A stretch of DNA of 58,706 nt, counting the filler, from Nemertoderma westbladi (lineage: Eukaryota; Animalia; Xenacoelomorpha): NCBI GenBank assembly GCA_032718475.1. It is 3 parts of 3 records of this genome, joined end to end, with 100 filler letters (N's around TTAATTAATTAA, not from the genome) between each part and the next. Parts side by side here need not be neighbours in the genome. Positions count along the whole stretch, not along the records: positions 50,655 to 58,706 come from JAUCBJ010005157.1; 2 more parts are not named here. The stretch is one strand, 5' to 3'. Position 1 is the stretch's first letter. Every line of letters starts with the position of its first letter. Below the pieces are notes generated by a model that saw nothing but the letters and a program-made list of their open reading frames with translations, did no database searches and was not told where the DNA came from. Below are positions 50,655-58,706 of the stretch, piece by piece. The position numbers were made by a program, and so were the translations under genes.

Positions 50655-51681
50655 TAAATGTCTAAAATTTCTACTGGAATTAAAATATTTTGATTTTATA
50701 CAGTATGGGCTGTTCAAATATGGCTAAACATTTGTTTTTTCGAAAAATTTTCAAATTTGCAGTCGCCCTCTACCGGCCATTGAATGATGCAAGATTTGCG
50801 GTTAAAATGCTACTAGTCATTCAATCTGTGGTGATTGTGTCTGAACCGAATTTGTTTCGAATCACGGAGGAGAGCTCCACAAAAGTTATCGGTTAACATT
50901 TGCAGTTTAGCGTTTTTATGAAAATTTATTAATATTTATTAATATTTGGCTAAATTTTAACAAATTTTTGGCTCTAATCTGATTATCTGAATATTGGTGG
51001 TAAGAACAGAAATATAAAAATTTAAACCGAAAACTTTTAAAGAACTGCCGAAACCATTTCGAATGGGCCATAAATAAAGAAAATTGGTTAAAAAATGGCG
51101 GAGGAGTAGTCAATGAAAAATTCCATTACAAGATAATTTTGTCGTTAAATTTTAAACCCTACCGCCGGAACAGGCTGTCTGTGCGTGGTCTGGTTGGTTA
51201 ATTATTTCTGGCATGATAGAAGCATATCACCGAGCTAAAACTTTCATAATGGGGGTTTTCGGTGTTGTTGATTTCATTTCCGATGTCAGTTTTAAGTTTA
51301 GAATGAATCTAGTCTGTCTGTCTGTCAGTTGTCTGTCTGTCTTACAATTTGACTGACAGACCATCATACTGAAAAACAGCGATAACTCGAGACACCATGG
51401 CTTTCGCGAGATTACCCGCATCTTAAAGTGTCTTCACGAGGCGTCTGAAAAAAGTCAAGGGCTGTCCAGAGTGTCCACCATGCTTGTTTTCTCCATGAGG
51501 CTGCCAAAGCACAAGATTGCACACTGGCTGGTCCTCACGACGAAAACAATTGCATTGTACTTGACACAGAAAGTTTTCACAAAACTCTCAATATAAAGCT
51601 GATTATGTTGCAGATTATTTCATTATATCATTGACAAATCTGTTCTAGCTTGATAACAATATTGGCGAGTCAATCAAGCCG

Positions 51682-54568
51682 ACTACTACTACTACTAGGT
51701 CGAGCGAACTCGGACAGTGGAAATGAGATCCTTCCAGGCTTCCCGATTCTCCATAGTTGTCGCAATTTCGTTTCTCCTAAGTTCAGTATCCCTTTCAAGT
51801 TGATCTATATGTGTTATGGCCGGTCGTCCACGACTACGCTTTCCATGAGTTGGTTGCCAGAAAAGTAGATCTGGTATGACCTCGTCTTTACTTCGCCAGC
51901 AGTGCCCACTGAATCTTAATCTGCGTTCACGGAGGGTGGTTGATACAGGTGGTATTGTACCATAAAGCTCGGCGTTTGTCATGTGTTGTCTCCAGCTGAT
52001 GTTTAGGGCTGCCCTTAGTAGTCTTGTGTAGCAACCATCAATTCGTTGTTCAAGTGATTTAGTCAGTGTCCAGGTCTCACCCCCATATAAAAATACACTT
52101 TCCACTGTGGCTCGAAAGAACGTAGTCTTCAGGTGCCTGGAGAGATCTGATTTCCAGATGGTATCCATTTTTGATAGAGCTACCCAAGCCTTTGCTTTCC
52201 TAACTTCTATGTCCTTTTTGCTACTCTCTATCCATGATCCAAGGTACTGGAAGTCATCGACCTTCCTTAGTTGATTATTATCAATGGTTGTCAAGTTTCC
52301 ATCAACATTAAAGGTCATGAATTCGGTCTTTGTAGCATTTATATGCAATCCAACCTCCTTAGCAGCCCTCTCCACTTTATTTAGTAGAAGCTGTACATCT
52401 GCTAGGGTATTAGTGAGCAGGGCGATGTCATCCGCAAAGTCGGTGTCTGTGACTGTAGTTGCCGGATATCTACTATTTCTGTGTTCTTGAAGTGTGAATC
52501 CCAGGTCTTCACCCTTTGTGGCCGTCCTCATTGCGTAATCCAGCACAATTACAAATAGTAATCGTGCTAATGTGTCACCTTGCAGTACGCCAGCCAGGAT
52601 TGAGAAAAACTCAGTTTCACCATCTGGTGAGAGTACCTGCGCTTCTGTGTCACAATATAACAATCCAATGCCAGCAACAATTACTTCTGGTATTCCATAA
52701 GCTCTTAGGATTTCAAGCATTTTACCTCTATGGATGGAGTCGAATGCCTTCTTGAAGTCCACAAAAGTCATGACAGCGGGGAGATTCTTTGACTTAATTC
52801 CTTCAATCAGTCTCCGTAGTGCAAGTATCTGAGCTATTGTTGATCTACTTGGTCGAAATCCGTTTTGGCTCTTACGCAGTAGTTTCTCTATGTGACGCCT
52901 AATCCTATATATCATATATATCATTTTATTGTATATTTTGGCAGCTACCACAAGCAGACAGATCCCACGATAGTTTGTTGGTATGCCGAGGTCTCCTTTC
53001 TTGGGGAGAGGCTTTAGTTGACCTTTAGTCCAAATTGGTGGTGGCTTTTCCCCTTTTAACATCCGGTTGCAAACATTCAATAATGGTCTGTTTAGCACTC
53101 CGGTTTTCCATACCTCCGCTGGGATTTCATCTAATCCACTCGCCTTATTATTGGACATGCTTTTAATGCTTCTTTGGAGTTCTTTTCCGACCAGATACCT
53201 CATTTACAGTTTGCCAGGTAAGTCTTGATTGTTGCTGTATGTGAGTTGTGAGTTGTAATTGCTTCAGTTTTATCCTGTATGTACTTTTCCTGGCTGATGT
53301 TGTAGGCCAATTTAAGATCGTCCTTCGCTTTCTCAACCTTGTTAATGTTTTCGGTTGTTGGTTGTTCGGTTTTAACTTTGTAGGCTATCTTAAGATCTTC
53401 TCTCTTACAAGTAACCTCAGAGTTTTGCCATGGCACATATTGTTTTCGTTTGGGTTTCTGGGGGATATGCCTCTTAGTTGATTCCTTGTGGGCTGTTATT
53501 ATATTCTGGTATATTGAATTGGTGGATTGGTCTTCATCCATTGACTGAAGTGCTTCAAAGCGGTTTTGAACTTCTACTGTATAAGCATCCTTTACAGCAT
53601 TGTCAGTTCTGAGTTTTTCCCAGTCATATTTGATTTGCTTGCTTGTCCTGGGTTAGCTGGCTCTCAAACTGAGTCTGATCTCTGCAGTCACAATTCTGTG
53701 GTCCGAACCAATTAGGTTGAACGAGCTGTATGCCTCGCAGTTGATCATGCTGTTTCTCCACTTTTTGTTTATGAGGATGTAATCCAGTTGTGCTTTGGTT
53801 CCATTAGGGTATTGAAAGGTCCATAGCTTCCACTTACTCTTTTCGAATGTGTTGTTTGTTGGTATCAATTCACATTCTTCCATTAGGTCTAAAAGTAAGT
53901 ACCCATTTCTGTTAGAACTGGTGTTATAGGTGTAACCCTTGATGTCTTCTGGGCCAATTTGGGCATTCAGGTCACCAGCAATGACTTTAACATTGTGTTT
54001 CGGAATGTCCTTAATAAGTCCAGTCAGTTCTTCATAAAACTTGACTGCTTGTTCTGGCTCTGATGCATTGGTTGGACTGTAGCAACATATAACTGTTGTC
54101 TTGGGATTCCCATCAAATGTTGCGATCATAACCCTGGAATTTATAGATTCGATGTTGTTTAGGGTCTTAAGTGCAAATGGGCTTAGCAGAATTCCTACTC
54201 CACCAATTGATGCATTGGCCGAGTTTCACGATGTTCTTGGATGCAGATGATGTCAATGTTATATTCCATTGCCAGAGCGACCATGTCACCCTGTTTGCTC
54301 TGTGCTTTCAGCGTGCGTGCGTTCATTGTAGCAATCTTTAGTGTCTTTTTACATTTCAACAGGTTGGTTCTTCTTTCTTCTCTGTCTTCTGTTCCAGTAG
54401 CCAATTTATCGACCCCAGCCTGGTGTACCACTGAGGGGTGCGGTCCTTGTTGACCCGGGCGACGACCGAGCCGGTATTTCTCCTGGAGGGTTCTCATACT
54501 CATATCTTTCAGTTGCGGGAGTAATCCGCTTGTGGTCGCAACTCCTACAAGCGTCTTCGCAGTAGGTC
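51682..54568 (-). mobile_element. Near full-length RTE-clade LINE (APE endonuclease + RT), disrupted
   Basis: IATMNARTL, CIQEHR, YSPT, GDLNA, LDYIL, SDH (APE); NYRGI, DFKKAFDS, GVLQGDTLA, DFADD (RT); (TAG)n tail; apparent TSD GCCG at 51678-51681 and 54569-54572; stop at ~53653 and deletions. Confidence 0.93.
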
Positions 54569-54745
54569 GCCGTTGGTTGATTACCTTCAAAAACCAAAAA
54601 CCCGCGGTTTTTTCCCTTTTGTTAAACATCGTCTTTAATTAATTGCAGTAGCTAGTAATTTAAATTAAAGTAAAACAATCACTAAATTTGAAAAACTAAT
54701 CAGGGAACAGAACGTTCATAAACTAGCCAGTGTTTTATATGATAG

Positions 54746-55515
54746 TGAATGAATGAATGAATAATTCGTTTAATTTCCTGTACATATGGAGGAATGTAAA
54801 TAGGAAAATTACCGTTAATCACAAACACAGATTACATAAAACTTTATAATTACAGAAATAATACGTTAAAATTACTTTAAAAAGTATGATAAAATTCCCC
54901 CCCCCCCCCCAGGTAGCTAAAAATTGAATATTTCCAGTAAAAATAAATAAAACTTTAAACCGTATGTCACTTGTTAGCTGAGATTAGCAACTTAATAAAA
55001 ATTAAAATCCGGCTAAGTAAAGTAATAAATAAATAAATAAAAATTGAAAATACGTTGACAATTGAACGATAAGCCTACAAACTAGATAAGTGAAATAAAA
55101 TAAAATTAAATTAAAAATAACGTGCCAATATTTAAGAATTGTAGATAAAACTATACATAAATAAAATATCATTGCATGAAAATCGGTATCTCATTGTTTA
55201 TTAGATATCTAATAGCACTTGGAGCGAAAGAGTTTTGAAACATCTTGGTCCGTGTATCAGGCATTCTGTAATTATTGCGAGTTGCGGTGGAGTTTGATCG
55301 GCAACCAATAATGAAAGCGTGTAGAGGATGACTCGGCGTGTCCACAATCTTCTTTACCATGTTGGTGAACTGTTTGGAAAACGCATAATTTATAATGTTC
55401 ATGTAAACTTGTTTTTCAATTTTTGAGTGTTTGGCTAACAGCGACAGTGGCCTCTTTAACTTCTTTTTGAGATTCTTTGGAATGAGGATAGTAAAACAAA
55501 TACTAGAATAACAAA
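54746..55515 (-). mobile_element. 3' fragment of a Rex1/Babar- or CR1-group LINE
   Basis: DTPSHPLH...YRMPDTRTKMFQNSFAPSAIRYL C-terminal motif; (TTCA)n tail at ~54746-54762. Confidence 0.7.
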
Positions 55516-55524
55516 ATGTATATT

Positions 55525-55625
55525 AGGACTACTATAGCACTGTAGTACTATAGTAGGCCTACTAGTACTGTAGTACTATAGTAGGCCTACTAGTACTGTA
55601 GTACTATAGTAGGCCTACTGTAGTA
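55525..55625. repeat. 28-bp tandem repeat built from palindromes (TAGTACTGTAGTACTATAGTAGGCCTAC)
   Basis: About 3.5 copies. Confidence 0.85.
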
Positions 55626-56719
55626 TAAAAAAATAAGAAGGAATCCGTTCATTCTCTGACGTTATTGCACCAGTTATTCTTCAACATTATAGTGATATAT
55701 AGCGGTATATACAGTAGTATATAACTACTGCTTTTTAGAGTATGTTTATGTATGATTAGCTACTCAACAGTTCTATTATAGGTATTGCATTGTTGCCTGG
55801 CTACTTATAAGATAAACACAATGTTCCAGAATACGATATATTTATTAAATATAATAAAATAGCCTCGCGCAATTGCAAAACCATGTAAACTATTTCCCAA
55901 CCAAATTCAATTAATTATTGTTTTTTACAAGGCCGGCTTTCCATAAGTACCAACAAAATCTCTATATAGTTGAAGAATAACTGCAGTGGAACGGGTGCGT
56001 GCAAGGGGCGGGGGTATATGAAACTCTGAGAATTGTAAAAAATCTGATGTGAGTTGTACACAGGTCTGAAAAAAGAGACTATATCCCAGGACATTGTGCA
56101 TTCGAATGACGACATTTAGAAAGAAGCGGTGGCATGGCAGATAGATGTATGCAGAAATAATGTCGCACTGTGATATAAAGTTGGAAAATATGTCGCCTTG
56201 AGCGATCTGGTAAATCGAAATTAATTCTAAATAATTCATATATATAGAATAGTATATTATTCGATTTTATTAAGTTAGACTTAAAGGTAACATTTATTAA
56301 ACCCATAAATAAATACGATACTTTTTATTGTTGATTGCTTAACCTTCTCGCAGTGTAAACGTGGCAACTGTTTTACAGAAACTTCGTGTTTACACGGTGC
56401 AATAACTTGAGCGGCAACCCAACGTATTCACTAAGTAGCTGAGAAAGTTACTCAAAAAGTTACCACATGTGTAACACTTCCTTATTAAGGCATCTATCTA
56501 AACCATGTCCCAGAATATTATAGTGTCGTAATTCAGTGACACGCTCCCCCCCCCCCCCCCCCCCCCCCCTTAATTTTTCTACAAATCGTAATGAGATTGC
56601 ATGAAATTTGAAACAGAGATAGTTTCACCTCCCGACCACTGACTGGGTGAGCCAGAATTTTTATTTTTGCTTTCAATCTTTAGCTACAAGCGTTTAAAAA
56701 AAGTGTCTCCAGCGATATT

Positions 56720-58706
56720 ACACCAGTTACAACGCAGTTATTCTTCTACGTTATAGCTGTTTGTTGGTACCAATGGAAAGCTGGCCCTGCAAGGATTCCT
56801 AATATGTAACACGATTTTAATTTCGTTGAAAAATAGCTGAGATATGAGCGTTCAAATGTTGCATGGTTTTGCAACGACGCGGGGCTATTTTATTCTATTA
56901 ACCCCTTAACGAATTATCCCGAATAAATTCGGGTTCAAGAAAATGGATAATTCAGACTAACCCGAGTTAACTCGTGCAAACAGTTTTCTGTTGAAAACTG
57001 AAACCAAACTCGAATATAGCCGTGAATTATTTGATTGGATATCTAAAAATAGCTTACCTTAGCCAAGTGGAAAACTTTAACAATGATATAGATGCTGATT
57101 TGTGATTGGTTTTATGATGTAAATGGATTGTTTGTGGCCTCTATGAGACACACAACTTCCAGCCCTGCAGATCAATTTCTTATTGGTTGTGTTCCAGCAA
57201 TAATAACTTAGTTAGGTACGGGTAGTTACAACAATAACATGCAGATCTATTGTATATTGGAGATTTCATTATTTACATTCTTCATTCTTTATATTTTATC
57301 TTTTATTTGTTTTGTTACCGGTACGTTGCCAAATTACTTTTTAAAAATATAATTTTATAATATTTCTAAATGACCCAAATCTGACCCAGTTGCTAGACCA
57401 AGGGGGCGGCCATCTTTGTCTGATAATCCTGCCCGCCTTAGCGAACGCCATTTCCCTGATATAATACCATCCACAACGAAGAAAAATCCGACCAGAGTTT
57501 GTGTTGTTTCTTCGAAGAAGAAGGACTCCAGGGGGAAAAAGGTGCGCCGTGAATCTAAATCGTGTAAGAACTTGGAAGTAGCTGTAATGTTGTCAAAGTT
57601 AAAAATTATTTCAAATAACTGACAATTTTGTCTGACAAACAGACAACCCTCAAATCAGTCTTACAAACAAACGAGAAAACACACTGGACAGAAAAGTGTA
57701 CAGTAAGCTTGTTTTACAAAGAGTCATTCGTGATGCAGTCCATAGATTTTCAAAAATTTCAGTAAATACTGATGTCTATACAAGCAAATGCACAGACAAA
57801 CAGACCGACGGACAGACAAACAGACTTGCAGACAACTAGACGAAGAGTAAACAGATCGACATACTTCAGAACAACTATTATAGAACTAGATGAAAGAAAT
57901 GAAAATATACTGTATGTGCTTGGAAATTTTGTCATTGTGTGTAAATACAAATAGTTGCACTTTTTTTGTTTCAGAAATCGGACAAATTTTGTCGGACAAC
58001 AACAGATGTACAAACAGACTTATAGTACAGACTTTAGTGTGAATTTTATTTATCAAACCAATAATTATATGGTGCACACTTTTTTATTATTATTTTTATT
58101 TTTATATTATTTTTTCGCGAATTTACATGATTATTTCATGCACGAGTTAACTGCGAGAGTACACCAGTTACACCGCAGTTATTCTTGCTACCTTATAGTT
58201 GTTTGCTGGTACATATGGTAAGCTGGCCCTGCAAGGATGCCATATATGTTACTGGACAATTTGATTTTCGTTGCAAAATCCGCTAGTGATATTATGGGCT
58301 TTCGAAAATGACAATAAAAAAAATAGGTCATGGTTTTGCACCGGCGGCCGCGAAAAAAGTGCTATCGTTATTCGAGGTTAATAAATGCACCATATTCTGG
58401 AACATTTTGTTTATCCAATGTACGAATAGCTGCGCAACAGTATGCATTACAGATGTTATGCATACTGTTGCCTAGCCATTCGTACTTTGGATAAACAAAA
58501 TGTTCCAGATTATGGTGCATTTATTAAATAGAATAAAATGGCCTCGCGCCGGTGCATAACCATGCACCATTTGAACGCCCATATCTCAGCTATTTGTCAA
58601 CGAAATTCAAATTGTGTTACATATTTGGAATCCTTGCATGACCAGCTTTCCATTGGTACCAACAAATAGCTATAAGGTAGAAGAACAACTGCGGTGTAAC
58701 TGGTGT
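56720..58706. repeat. Long fold-back inverted repeat centred at ~58452, left arm interrupted by piggyBac
   Basis: 56720-56901 joined to 58382-58447 is the reverse complement of 58457-58706; a related arm lies at 55808-55990. Confidence 0.8.
56902..58377 (+). mobile_element. Internally deleted piggyBac (PGBD4-like) element
   Basis: TTAA TSD (56898-56901 and 58378-58381); CC..GG termini; RLSERHFP...PTRVCVV..RRES C-terminal transposase remnant at 57395-57565; removing it restores the host inverted repeat. Confidence 0.78.

Noticed and set aside
51170-51680. Helentron/DINE-like element with (GTCT)n microsatellite
   Set aside because: Suggestive microsatellite and hairpin only; termini could not be defined with confidence
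54420-54570. HDV-like ribozyme in the RTE 5' UTR
   Set aside because: Could not assemble the nested double pseudoknot; the element appears slightly 5'-truncated

Overview
Repeat-dense eukaryotic (invertebrate animal-like) genomic DNA, not prokaryotic. It consists of three contigs joined by 100-bp artificial spacers (44 N + TTAATTAATTAA + 44 N at 29161-29260 and 50555-50654). The only clearly recognisable host gene is the 3' end of a TFCP2/LSF/UBP1 (CP2/Grainyhead family) transcription factor on the minus strand. Its last intron holds an Academ DNA transposon derivative, and the end of its upstream exon is tandemly repeated and cut by a probable Maverick/Polinton terminus. The rest is large satellites (31-bp, 46-bp with higher-order structure, 9-bp) and nested, mostly decayed transposons: LINEs of the L2/Crack, RTE, RTEX, R2, CRE and Rex/Babar types, and Kolobok, pogo, Merlin, Sola-like and piggyBac DNA transposons. 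The most striking observation is a frameshifted endogenous flavivirus-like element (NS2B-like region plus NS3 serine protease, His/Asp/Ser triad at flavivirus spacing) at about 49660-50554. All family assignments come from motif recognition by eye; no database searches were run.
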